DNA of 33,080 nt from a virus (Duplodnaviria; Caudoviricetes): positions 1 through 33,080 of IMG/VR virus record IMGVR_UViG_3300034416_000063; one strand, given 5' to 3'. The notes under the pieces were generated by a model. It had not been told where the DNA came from. It saw only the letters and a list, made by a program, of their open reading frames with translations, and did not search any database. Of the stretch, positions 16,548 to 25,425 are shown in pieces. The first letter of the stretch is position 1; every line of letters begins with the position of its first letter. Both the position numbers and the translations under genes were made by a program.

Positions 16548-18206
16548 CTAGGCTTTAGAAGCCACTGAAGCGCTGCCGACTTTGATGGCTCTTCCTGCTG
16601 CGTCGAATTCGACCACGGTGATGACCTTGCCGGTCGCAGCTGTGATATCATCCGGTGTTGTAAAGTCCGTGTAGCCGGTCTTGCTGTCGCCGCTTGCAAC
16701 GGATGCCGCTCTGCCAAGCACCTTGTATCCCAAAGTGGTGCCGGAGCTTTCCGCGCCAGTTACGGTGATGAGGGTATCCCCTGATGCGGTTCCAGCCACA
16801 GAGGTGACGCCAAGAGCGCCAAGCTCGGTGTTGGCGTAGTCGGTTTCAAAGGTCTTAGTTGTGGTCGCGCTTGCGTTGTTGATGTTGACGATCACGAAGC
16901 CTTCTCCAATGACCGGTGCACCGTCGTATCTGGCCGTTCCCTTATATACCGTCTGATCCTGCAAAAATCTCACATGCTCAGACATGGAAAGGAGGGACCC
17001 TTCCCGCTCCGCAAGCAAGTAAAGGGAGCCGAATCCGCCGATGATGTCGTTGTCCGGAATGAAGTCCAGCTCCACGATTTCTCCTCCTTCGATCGGCATG
17101 GTGCCCATCTGTCCGGCTACAATGGCGCCTGATGCGTTGAATGTGATGGACTTGGACAAAATGGTCATCCTTGTCTTTCTGTTCATGGCCCAAAAGGTAC
17201 CGCCGGTCGCAAAGTTAGGCGCCGCAACACCAAGGTTAAGGACCAGGGCAGCAAAGAAGGCCTCCGCCGTCATGCCGCTCGGGTTGATCTTTAAGATATT
17301 TGAGGTATGAAGATCCGTCCACGCCGGTGCATTGAGGCCCCAGCTAGAGGGCTTGCTTGTTTGGGCGAGTCTTGTTGCAATGCCAAGGGGCATCTTTGTT
17401 CCGGACCCGTAAAGGATCGCCTTGTCGATGGCAAGACCAATGGCCTGACCCAGGGCGTCCAAAATTTCACCGGACAGATTTAGGTCGCTGTCCGCCAGGG
17501 TGGAGTTTGGAATGGGAATGAATCCGCCCACCTTGTATCCGTCGACTTCGATCTGGTTGTATACGATCTCAAGCTCGTTTAGGCTTGCGACCGCTTCCAT
17601 CCAAACGCCCTCGGGCACGGTGCCGGAGATGTTTTGCCTTGCTTTTCCCGTGACGGGCTTCAGCCTGACTTTGGTGATGAGCTTGCTGTAGCGGTACATG
17701 TTGTCCCGCAGCAGTTCCAAAACAACTTCAGGAATGCCAAGCTCCGCGCCGGTGACTCCTCTGCTTTGGGAGCCGCCCATCTCTCTTGCCCTTGCCAAAA
17801 ATTCCTTGACGTCTTCTCTTCCTACAAAAGCATCCCGCTCATCAGGCGACATCCCGAAAAACTTTCTCGTGTTCATACTTTTTTGTTCTCCTCTCTTTTG
17901 GGATAAGCTAAATTCCGCACGCTCCGGCTTCGGAACGCTGCGCTCCAGGTCTTCGATTTCGGTTTCAATTCCTTTGATCTCGGTTTCAAGGGCGGTGGCT
18001 TTGTCACCTGCTTCCGCCTTCTCCTTTTCAAAATCCGATACGGCGTCTTCCACCGCTTTTTTCTCTTCGTCTGTTTCCGCTTCCTCGATGGATTTTTCAA
18101 GCTCAGCTTCCCGGGCTGTAAATCCTTCCAATGCTTTTTTCAGATCGGACAGTTCCTTATTTTTCTCACTGAGCTTTTTTCTCAGCATTAAAACTTTCAG
18201 AGCCAT
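16548..18206 (-). CDS. Major capsid protein (HK97 fold) with N-terminal scaffold coiled coil and C-terminal beta-rich extension
   Basis: GIPEVV, DKAILYGSGTKMPLGI, TARYDGAPV. Confidence 0.93.
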   Translation of the reverse strand: MALKVLMLRKKLSEKNKELSDLKKALEGFTAREAELEKSIEEAETDEEKKAVEDAVSDFEKEKAEAGDKATALETEIKGIETEIEDLERSVPKPERAEFSLSQKRGEQKSMNTRKFFGMSPDERDAFVGREDVKEFLARAREMGGSQSRGVTGAELGIPEVVLELLRDNMYRYSKLITKVRLKPVTGKARQNISGTVPEGVWMEAVASLNELEIVYNQIEVDGYKVGGFIPIPNSTLADSDLNLSGEILDALGQAIGLAIDKAILYGSGTKMPLGIATRLAQTSKPSSWGLNAPAWTDLHTSNILKINPSGMTAEAFFAALVLNLGVAAPNFATGGTFWAMNRKTRMTILSKSITFNASGAIVAGQMGTMPIEGGEIVELDFIPDNDIIGGFGSLYLLAEREGSLLSMSEHVRFLQDQTVYKGTARYDGAPVIGEGFVIVNINNASATTTKTFETDYANTELGALGVTSVAGTASGDTLITVTGAESSGTTLGYKVLGRAASVASGDSKTGYTDFTTPDDITAATGKVITVVEFDAAGRAIKVGSASVASKA

Positions 18207-18787
18207 TTTTTACCTCCTAATTTTTTTCGCGTGTCTTCACGCCATTTTTGCAGTTCCCGTCTTTTGATTTCCTCGTAGTCCCGCCTTCTCGCTGAAACGG
18301 TGGTCTCAGAATAGGCCGGAAATACACAGGGTGAGATTTCCCATAAGGGGTTCACTTTCCGAATGGTCCAGTGGCAAGTGCCGTCACCGTTGTCTCTAAA
18401 CTCTTCGCTTTCTATGTCAAATCCAAAAGAGCACTGGGTGACGTCCCCGCGCTGGATGCGCGAGTATGCGTTCATGGCGTCACTGTCGCCTCTGTTGATT
18501 TTGATTTTTCCATAAAGACCTTTGCTGTCTTCCCTTAGTTCCACTGTGTCCGCGGAGGTCCGCCCAAGCACGATGTTTTGGTCATGATTGTAAAGGGCCC
18601 TAACATCCCCCGTAAGGGAATCAGAAAAGGCGCCTGGCGCGATGCTTTCTGTCGCTCCCGGCCACAGCTCGTAGATGGAATCAAAGACCGCGAAATACCC
18701 TTCCAGATAAAGGTCCCCTTCGCCGCTGTCCTCGCTTTTTCGTATCTCCATGTTCAGGTTTCGTATTTGAAATTTGTCCCGCTCCAT
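18197..18787 (-). CDS. HK97-family prohead protease
   Basis: LEGYFAVF, ALYNHD, CSFGF, EISPCVFPAY. Confidence 0.93.
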   Translation of the reverse strand: MERDKFQIRNLNMEIRKSEDSGEGDLYLEGYFAVFDSIYELWPGATESIAPGAFSDSLTGDVRALYNHDQNIVLGRTSADTVELREDSKGLYGKIKINRGDSDAMNAYSRIQRGDVTQCSFGFDIESEEFRDNGDGTCHWTIRKVNPLWEISPCVFPAYSETTVSARRRDYEEIKRRELQKWREDTRKKLGGKKWL

Positions 18788-19971
18788 TACTCTCCTCCGT
18801 TCTGATTCAGTTTCTTCTGATTGGATATCATCCCGATGGGGATGAAGTTTTCCAGTATGACTAGCTCGTCAAGCCCCGCCATGGGCGGCATTCCAAGCCA
18901 TCCTCTCGCTTCGTTTCCCGTCATGATTCCCCGTACAAATAGCTCCTGGGCAACGCCTGACAGGTCTTTGATGTCATAGGCATAAAGCGCCCTTGGGTTG
19001 AATCTGAAATATAGGTCCGGCGAGATGAGAAGCTTTCTAGTGAGCTCCTGCTCTATTTCCTTTGCGATGGATAAGATGATGGTGTTGATGAAATTGTTGT
19101 ATTCATCTTTGCTATATTCCCCTGCTCCGACCACAAAGGCCGGAACGCTGAAGATGCCTGCCACCGTCTTTTTATCCAAGGTGACCGCGTCGTTTATGGC
19201 AAGGTCCTGTAAAGATAAAGGCGTCACCGACTGGACATCCAGCAGCTCCGCCGGAATCACCCAGGGTTCCCCAGCGGTTTGGGAGGCCACGTACTCTTCC
19301 AGAAACTTCGTCCGGCCAGCCTTCCCTGAAAACTCGTCCGCTAGGGCATCCACCCGCACAATCACAGAAGGCTTCCACTTGGATTCCATAAAGCCCTTCT
19401 TGGTCGCCGCTGCCTGCTTTAGGTTTTGGACGATGTCCTTTAAGACGACCCTCTTCCCCTGGCCTTGCCAGGGCTTTTCCGGGTCCGGGCTTAGGACGAA
19501 GTGTAGAAGGTTCATGGGATTAAAGGATTCAGATCCGTATCTTATAAAGTACGAATCGCCGTTTTCAATAAAGCTGACCCGGGAGGGCTTAAGTGGCACC
19601 AGGCTATTTATGAGACCCTTTTCCGTTTTGGGGTAGACGACGCAGTTTCCTTCAAGTAGCAGGGTCTTTACGATCCCATGGATGAAGGTCTTTCTGGTCA
19701 TGTCCATATTTGGTGAGATGTCTATTTTTTTCGACAGCTCGTTTTGGATCCGTATATCTCCGTTCGCTGTGTTTTTCATCAGGTGGATTGTCATGGAAGA
19801 AACAAGGTCAGCGATTTTATTCACTGCCATCTGCACCTCCGGATTATCCGACAGCCTTGTATAGCCACTGACACAAAGGGTCTCGTAGGCGTCCGCTGTG
19901 GTGATCCACGATGACGACATTTCTCTTTTAAGGCTTGGTTTATCCCGGGCCGTATTTGGTCTTTTTTTCAT
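18787..19971 (-). CDS. HK97-family portal protein
   Basis: [34 protein letters not shown]. Confidence 0.93.
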   Translation of the reverse strand: MKKRPNTARDKPSLKREMSSSWITTADAYETLCVSGYTRLSDNPEVQMAVNKIADLVSSMTIHLMKNTANGDIRIQNELSKKIDISPNMDMTRKTFIHGIVKTLLLEGNCVVYPKTEKGLINSLVPLKPSRVSFIENGDSYFIRYGSESFNPMNLLHFVLSPDPEKPWQGQGKRVVLKDIVQNLKQAAATKKGFMESKWKPSVIVRVDALADEFSGKAGRTKFLEEYVASQTAGEPWVIPAELLDVQSVTPLSLQDLAINDAVTLDKKTVAGIFSVPAFVVGAGEYSKDEYNNFINTIILSIAKEIEQELTRKLLISPDLYFRFNPRALYAYDIKDLSGVAQELFVRGIMTGNEARGWLGMPPMAGLDELVILENFIPIGMISNQKKLNQNGGE

Positions 19972-19975
19972 GTAA

Positions 19976-21685
19976 TCACTCCTCATCAAACCACTCTTTG
20001 GACTTGTTTGATTTTTCCATGTCGATCATCATCTGCTTCGTGGCAACCACGTCGGCGTCGAACAGGTCGATCCGCTGGGTCTTTTGTACCTTTTGGAATT
20101 TCACAAAGTCGTCGCTGTCCTCGATGGCCATCACGTTTCCGATGCAGTATTCATAGGCTTTGTTGTGGAGGTGGTAGAACTTCTTCTGCTTGATCTGCTT
20201 TTCGATCTCCCGGAAGGGCTCCGTCTTTTCCACATACCGCTGGGGCTGGTCCCTCACCTTGAAGTTCGCGCTTTTCATTTTGGCTATGAACTCCCGGGAG
20301 TACCTTCTGTCATATCCGACCCACCGGATCTTAAAGCCCAGCTCGCGCATAGTCTTAAACCACTTGACCACATCGTCGTAGTCGATGACCTCGCTGTTGC
20401 ATAAGGTGAGCCACCCCTGTTCCTCCCACCAGAAAAACGGGATGTTGTCTTCCGTCGCTTTAAGCTGCGCCATGACAACCGGAATGAAGCCGTGGGTGAT
20501 TGCGATGTCAACACCGTTATATCTTCCGTGAAGGGCAGTGCCGCTTAGGTCATGCAGCCGAGATAAATCCGCACCCCCGTACCACTTGATGGGAAGCTTC
20601 GAAAGCTCCTCAAGGGTCCAACTGTAACTGTCGTCTGAGGCTTGGACTTCGAAGATATCAAAGTAGGTGCCCATGACGTTGGTGTAGACGTTTAATGATT
20701 TGTTTAAAAACTCGCTTCGACCGCTTGGATCGTTTTGAGCCTGCAGCGCCTCGTCCATGATATCCTGGGGCCTTATGGTCACCCGGTAGTTGGGGTTCGC
20801 CTTTTCATGCTCTATTGGGCTTGTGTAGTCCTCCGGATTATCCGCCATGCAGATGAAGATGAAATACTGCTCATCTTGCACGGTCCCCCGAAGGACGCTT
20901 TGGCAGTAGATCAGCCGCTGGTAGCAAAAGCTGCTCATGTTCTCGCCGGCGGTGGTGATGCCGATCAGGAGCTTGTTGATGTATGCCTTCATCGCCTGCT
21001 TATATACAAAGTATTCGTTGGCGCTTTTATATGCGTGCATCTCGTCCAGGATGACGATGTTGGCGTTTAGTCCGTCGGCCCGCTTTGAGTCGCTTGCCAG
21101 GGCCTGTATTTTCATGGCGCCTGTCTTTTGACCTTTGCCGTCATAAAAGACGCGGCTGATGCTGTGCTCCGAGTTGTTGTCCAAGACCTTGAACTTGCTT
21201 CGCTCACCCATGTACTCGATGTTTTCACGGATGTTTTCAAAGGCCTCAAGGGCACGGTCCAGCTTGGTCGCGATGATGTATAGGACCGAGTAGTATTTCC
21301 GGTCCAAAAGCGATAGCGCCCAGGCCAAAGCCGACGCAAACAGGGTCTTGCTGTTTTTACGTGGAATAAAAATAAAGGCCTCTTTAAAGCGCCTCTCGTT
21401 TGTGTCTTTCAAGTAAAATCCTGCGATGTTGTAGCAGACGAATTTCTCCCAGGGCTCAAGAAGAAACGGCTTTCCCCGAGCTGGTCCCTTGATATGGACA
21501 AAGGTTTTTTCTATGATCCGTACGACAAACTCCGCATCACCTGGCCTAAAGTCCCACTTGTCGTTTTTTAGATCCTCCATGAACCGGCGGCAAGCTAGCA
21601 CCCGGTCTTCGTTGGCGATGATTTCCCCCGATACGACGCCTTTCGCATAGGCCATGACCTCGTCAAGATGGACGCTCCTACTCAC
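19976..21685 (-). CDS. terL: Terminase large subunit
   Basis: PRKNSKT Walker A variant, ILDEMH Walker B, ITTAG, KANPN, GADLS, RID. Confidence 0.95.
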   Translation of the reverse strand: MSRSVHLDEVMAYAKGVVSGEIIANEDRVLACRRFMEDLKNDKWDFRPGDAEFVVRIIEKTFVHIKGPARGKPFLLEPWEKFVCYNIAGFYLKDTNERRFKEAFIFIPRKNSKTLFASALAWALSLLDRKYYSVLYIIATKLDRALEAFENIRENIEYMGERSKFKVLDNNSEHSISRVFYDGKGQKTGAMKIQALASDSKRADGLNANIVILDEMHAYKSANEYFVYKQAMKAYINKLLIGITTAGENMSSFCYQRLIYCQSVLRGTVQDEQYFIFICMADNPEDYTSPIEHEKANPNYRVTIRPQDIMDEALQAQNDPSGRSEFLNKSLNVYTNVMGTYFDIFEVQASDDSYSWTLEELSKLPIKWYGGADLSRLHDLSGTALHGRYNGVDIAITHGFIPVVMAQLKATEDNIPFFWWEEQGWLTLCNSEVIDYDDVVKWFKTMRELGFKIRWVGYDRRYSREFIAKMKSANFKVRDQPQRYVEKTEPFREIEKQIKQKKFYHLHNKAYEYCIGNVMAIEDSDDFVKFQKVQKTQRIDLFDADVVATKQMMIDMEKSNKSKEWFDEE

Positions 21686-22052
21686 GACGGATGGCCTCCA
21701 TGACCTCGTCCAGTTTGGAGACCTTCGCAGGCGGATTGTTTCCTTCCTGGTTGATCCGCTTCAGGCCGGCTGGGGTGAGGCCAAGCTCCCTGGAATAGGT
21801 GATGATGTCGTCCCGCAGCTTTTCAATGGCTAGGTACAGAGGATTTTTCACTGCGTTGGTGGAGCCGTTCTTATTGGTGTGCTTGACGATGATGTTGCCG
21901 CCCGTGCCCGTAAACTGCTCCGTTGTCTTTTTGTAGTCCGCCAGGACTTTGGCCAGGGTGTCGATGGTGTAGATGAAGCTGGTGTTGTATGTCCCGACGT
22001 TTTTCATTTTCTTGATGATTTCTCTTTTGTATTTTTGGACTTCCGACTCCAC
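21678..22052 (-). CDS. terS: Terminase small subunit (P27 family)
   Basis: TNKNGSTNAVKNP...ELGLTPAG. Confidence 0.92.
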   Translation of the reverse strand: MESEVQKYKREIIKKMKNVGTYNTSFIYTIDTLAKVLADYKKTTEQFTGTGGNIIVKHTNKNGSTNAVKNPLYLAIEKLRDDIITYSRELGLTPAGLKRINQEGNNPPAKVSKLDEVMEAIRRE

Positions 22053-22078
22053 TAGACCTCCCTCCCTTCCTTGGAACT

Positions 22079-22103
22079 AAAAAAGGACCTGTCACAGTCC
22101 TTC
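22079..22103 (-). terminator. Terminator after the DUF4314/DUF6329-like pair
   Basis: AAGGAC-loop-GTCCTT-TTTT on the minus strand. Confidence 0.6.
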
Positions 22104-22117
22104 TCGCTCTTTTTGTT

Positions 22118-22432
22118 TTAGCCCATATAGTATGCCGCGTATCTGGCGTAGTCGTAGCCTTCGCTTTCAACTAAAATGCCGTTTGTTTCACCTTTCGCCG
22201 TTACAAGGAGGCAATGCCTGACGCCGTCTTTGTCCACGTGCATGAGCTCCCTATTTTCCTTGATGAAATCCTGATCGGAAAAAAGGTCGTTTGCAAATCT
22301 CTCATATTCGGCCCGCTCAAGCTCGATTGTTTTTTCGACCAGAAACCATCCTCTTTGCTTTGCGACCTTATCCCATCTGATGAGTTCTTCCAAGCTACTG
22401 GGCTTTCGCAGGAAGGCAGCGTTTTTATTCAT
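22118..22432 (-). CDS. DUF6329-like protein
   Basis: HCLLV...GILVESEGYDYARYAAY. Confidence 0.7.
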   Translation of the reverse strand: MNKNAAFLRKPSSLEELIRWDKVAKQRGWFLVEKTIELERAEYERFANDLFSDQDFIKENRELMHVDKDGVRHCLLVTAKGETNGILVESEGYDYARYAAYYMG

Positions 22433-22659
22433 TTCGCTTCCGCCTTTCTGTACTGGTCGATCCCATAGACAAGGCCAAGGGACGAGCCCCTGTCCCAGGA
22501 TACGAAGATGGTTCCGGTATCGTCGATGTCCGTGACGGTTCCTAGGTCGCCCGGGCGAAGTTTTGTGTATCGGTCGTCCATGGAAACAAGCTCGATTCTG
22601 GTTCCGCTCGGGTATCTTTCCTTCAGACGCTCAAGCGCGTATGGTTTTATCATGTTCAT
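22429..22659 (-). CDS. DUF4314 protein
   Basis: YPSGTRIELVSMDD...GTVTDIDDTGTIFVSWDRGSSLGLVYGID. Confidence 0.85.
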   Translation of the reverse strand: MNMIKPYALERLKERYPSGTRIELVSMDDRYTKLRPGDLGTVTDIDDTGTIFVSWDRGSSLGLVYGIDQYRKAEAK

Positions 22660-22722
22660 GTTTTCCTCCTAATGCATTGCGCACTACCATGTACCCTCTA
22701 ACTGCCTCAAAAGTCAAGGAGA

Positions 22723-23916
22723 TTAGTCTAAGGGCTCCGCCTTCTTTCCGGTAAGAAGCTCCCATCTTCGGACGATGACGTCGCAGTATTTGGGATCTAG
22801 CTCGCTCATAAAGCACCGTCTTCCAGTCTGCTCCGCGGCGATCAGGGTGGTTCCGGATCCGCCAAAGAGATCCAAGACATTGCTGCCAGGCTCCGAGCTG
22901 TTGTTGATGGCCCTGGCCACTAGCTCGATGGGTTTCATGGTGGGATGCTCGTCGCTCTTTGATGGCCTGTCGATATCCCATACATCGCTTTGCTTTCGGT
23001 CCAGCAGGGGATAGTTTCTCGGGGCATCACTTTTCCATCCATACCAGATGGGCTCGTACTTGGTGTGGTAATCCTTGCGGGAGAGCACCAGCCGGTCCTT
23101 GTTCCAGATGATCGTAGAGGACCAGTGGTAATTGTTTTCCGAAAGAGCGAGCATGACGTTCCCCCACTCCTGAGCCGACATCACCACATAGGTCATGGCC
23201 CCAGGTTCAGAGACCTTGCCCATACAGGAGAAAGCCTTTTGCATGAACTCCTTGAAATCCTCCGTGTCCATGGAGTCGTTCATGATTGTTCTCGGCTTAT
23301 ATCCTTGGGCATTCTTTTCATCCACCGCGCCGTAGTTCACATTCCAGGGCGGATCGGTGAAGACCATGGCAGCAAGAGCGCCGTCCATCAGTTTTTCCAC
23401 ATCCTCCTGCTTCGTGCTGTCTCCGCAAAGGAGCCGGTGGGATCCAAGCCTTATGATCTGGCCAGGCTTCGTGAAGGGCTCGTAGCCTTCCTCTTCAATC
23501 TTGGCGATTTCTTCATCCGCGTCAAAGTCGTCCTCGGTTATTTCCCCGATCTTTTCAAACCCGTAAGGAACCATGTCAAAGTCAAATGCCTCAAGGCCCT
23601 CAAGCTCGCCAGCAAGTAGATCCAAGTCCCATTCGGAAAACTCTGCGGTCTTGTTGTCCGCCAGGCGGTATGCCATAACCTGCTCCGACGACAGATCGCT
23701 CGCGGTCAGCACCGGCACTTCTTTAAGTCCAAGCTTCTCCGCTGCCTTAAGTCTGGTATGGCCAACGATGACAACCCCGTCCTTGTCCACGACGATGGGC
23801 TGCTGAAAGCCAAATTCCCTTATGCTGACAGCCACTTTCTCCACCGCTTTTTCATTGATTCTCGGGTTCTTGTCGTATGGCGTTATTTTGCTGATGTCAG
23901 TGTTTGCAACGTTCAA
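22723..23916 (-). CDS. ParB-like N-terminal domain + beta-class amino (N6-A/N4-C) DNA methyltransferase
   Basis: PYDKNPR..GFQQPIVVD..GHTRLKAA..YRLADNK; DPPW precedes HPTMKP and LDLFGGSGTT. Likely TTG start at 23916 after an AGGGGGG RBS. Confidence 0.9.
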   Translation of the reverse strand: MNVANTDISKITPYDKNPRINEKAVEKVAVSIREFGFQQPIVVDKDGVVIVGHTRLKAAEKLGLKEVPVLTASDLSSEQVMAYRLADNKTAEFSEWDLDLLAGELEGLEAFDFDMVPYGFEKIGEITEDDFDADEEIAKIEEEGYEPFTKPGQIIRLGSHRLLCGDSTKQEDVEKLMDGALAAMVFTDPPWNVNYGAVDEKNAQGYKPRTIMNDSMDTEDFKEFMQKAFSCMGKVSEPGAMTYVVMSAQEWGNVMLALSENNYHWSSTIIWNKDRLVLSRKDYHTKYEPIWYGWKSDAPRNYPLLDRKQSDVWDIDRPSKSDEHPTMKPIELVARAINNSSEPGSNVLDLFGGSGTTLIAAEQTGRRCFMSELDPKYCDVIVRRWELLTGKKAEPLD

Positions 23917-23964
23917 GTAGGTTGACCCCCCTTTATCTAAAATCCTGCGTAGTCGGAAGCCTAA

Positions 23965-23974
23965 ACCCCCGCCA
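23965..23974 (-). other. Candidate cos site (3' overhang type)
   Basis: TGGCGGGGGT downstream of a C-run (24007-24013), between the HNH gene and the packaging genes; resembles cos ends of HNH/P27-terminase phages. Confidence 0.45.
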
Positions 23975-24025
23975 GTCATTTTTCGTTGTAATTCCAACGT
24001 TTTATAGGGGGGGCATCGCTTTTCC

Positions 24026-24054
24026 TTGATATTTCATCAAATGTGTTATATAAT
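24026..24054 (+). promoter_or_regulatory. Sigma70/sigmaA promoter of the ncRNA
   Basis: TTGATA(24026)-17bp-TATAAT(24049); predicted +1 near G24061. Confidence 0.8.
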
Positions 24055-24060
24055 ATTTAA

Positions 24061-24300
24061 GAACCATCCCGGTTACCCCCAGGGGCAATTGTAGCCCAAA
24101 GGCTCATGACTGGTCACTGGTTCACTTGGGATAACGGCATGCTCCTATGGCGTTGGATCATAGGTGCCTCTGCGATATATCCCAGGGCATCACCCAAGCT
24201 GTTGACCGTAAAGCGGTCAGGACCTTTGCAATGATGCTCACATGACACCATCTATGTTGTCGGGGAATAGTACCCCGGGAACCGCTGAGGTGGTGTTTTT
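24061..24300 (+). ncRNA. Structured ~240-nt ncRNA of four tandem stem/internal-loop modules; family unknown
   Basis: Consensus promoter, no ORF in the track, four consecutive closed stems with G-U pairs favouring the + strand; the last stem is followed by a T tract. Confidence 0.75.
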
Positions 24301-24562
24301 ATTTTCCCCACACCTGTCGACCTCTAATCCCTGCCACACCCTTCTCCGGGTGCTTCGCGTTATGGCATGCGGCGCACAGGCTCTCTAGATTGCTGCTTAT
24401 ATATCCCAGCTCAGGATACTCTTCAACCGGCTTGATGTGATGGACGATGACCGCCTCGCTGATCCGCCCATACTTTTTGCACTCGACGCATAGGTATTTG
24501 TCCCGCCTTAGGATCGCCGCACGCTTTCTTCGCCACCTGGCGCTCCTATGAAAGTCAGTCAT
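24299..24562 (-). CDS. HNH endonuclease (gp74-like packaging accessory)
   Basis: RDKYLCVEC, VHHIKP, NLESLCAACHNAKH. Confidence 0.92.
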   Translation of the reverse strand: MTDFHRSARWRRKRAAILRRDKYLCVECKKYGRISEAVIVHHIKPVEEYPELGYISSNLESLCAACHNAKHPEKGVAGIRGRQVWGK

Positions 24563-24774
24563 CGGTTCTCCTTATGGTCAGCTGCTTGCCCTTGTATTAC
24601 TTTCGGGCAAGACTTACGCTGGCAATACAAAAGGCAGCCTTTATTGCTGCCGATTGATCTTGTTTCTGCCACGAAAAAACCGCCCATAGGACGGCCATTT
24701 CTGCATTAATTTAGTTTGGGTCATTTCTACCCAATAACATAATAACACATTTTTTTAGGAGTTTTGCACAAAGA

Positions 24775-25146
24775 TTACATCAGCAGTAATTTTTCCGCCA
24801 GGTGCTTGACCACTTTTCTTTTCCAGTAGCCATAGGTGTTCCTGTGCGCATAGTCCGGGTATTCAAGACGCTTTACGATGTTGTCCCGGATTGCCTGTCT
24901 GTATTCTTCCGGCACCCTTCCGAAAGCCTCGTCCACCGCATTGAGCCTGATCGACATCAGCGCGCATTTGATTGCTGCCCGCTCCGTGGGACTGCTGGGG
25001 CTTCTCGCCTTCGGCTGCCCTGTAAGAGGCGAAGGACTTAGGTCCTGAAGACTTTCGTACTCGGCTCTAGCCCTGTCATAGTCCCTGATGATGCATATGC
25101 ATTCCCGCCAGACATGCTCCGGTATGGTGTATGTTCTTCCTGTCAT
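24775..25146 (-). CDS. RinA/ArpU-like late transcriptional regulator
   Basis: SSPTERAAIK, AVDEAF..VPEEYRQ, C-terminal HTH-like segment; last gene before the late promoter. Confidence 0.7.
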   Translation of the reverse strand: MTGRTYTIPEHVWRECICIIRDYDRARAEYESLQDLSPSPLTGQPKARSPSSPTERAAIKCALMSIRLNAVDEAFGRVPEEYRQAIRDNIVKRLEYPDYAHRNTYGYWKRKVVKHLAEKLLLM

Positions 25147-25165
25147 TTATTTTATCCCTTTCCCT

Positions 25166-25412
25166 GTCTGTACTATCTGCACTTATCTGGACCAACAGTC
25201 CAGACGCGCATCTACTGATTTTTCAACGTTTATTGGCATATCTGTATATCTGTATTTATATATAGTTATATATATATATATGTGTGTATTGCAGTTGCAT
25301 ACATTATCTATATATAAGATAGGTGTTTTGTGTCCAGATGGTCCAGATGTCCAGATAAATGTAATTTATGTTGAAATATGAGCGATTCAAAATTTGTTTA
25401 TCTGGACCAGAT
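25166..25412. other. Putative replication origin
   Basis: GTCCAGAT/ATCTGGAC iterons at 25185, 25198 (variant), 25332, 25341, 25349 and 25400 flank a (TA)n tract at ~25245-25290, just downstream of the helicase gene. Confidence 0.7.
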
Positions 25413-25425
25413 TTCCTAAATTCAC

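Noticed and set aside
24185-24240. Pistol or hammerhead ribozyme
   Set aside because: Superficial AAGC..GTTGA..TCAGG..GCAA likeness only. I could not find the pistol P1/pseudoknot or the hammerhead CUGANGA/GAAA core.
24061-24562. OMEGA/HEARO-type RNA-guided HNH system, CRISPR array or tRNA for the ncRNA
   Set aside because: The HNH is an 87-aa gp74-type packaging nuclease, convergent with the RNA and lacking RuvC. There are no identical repeats with spacers and no cloverleaf.
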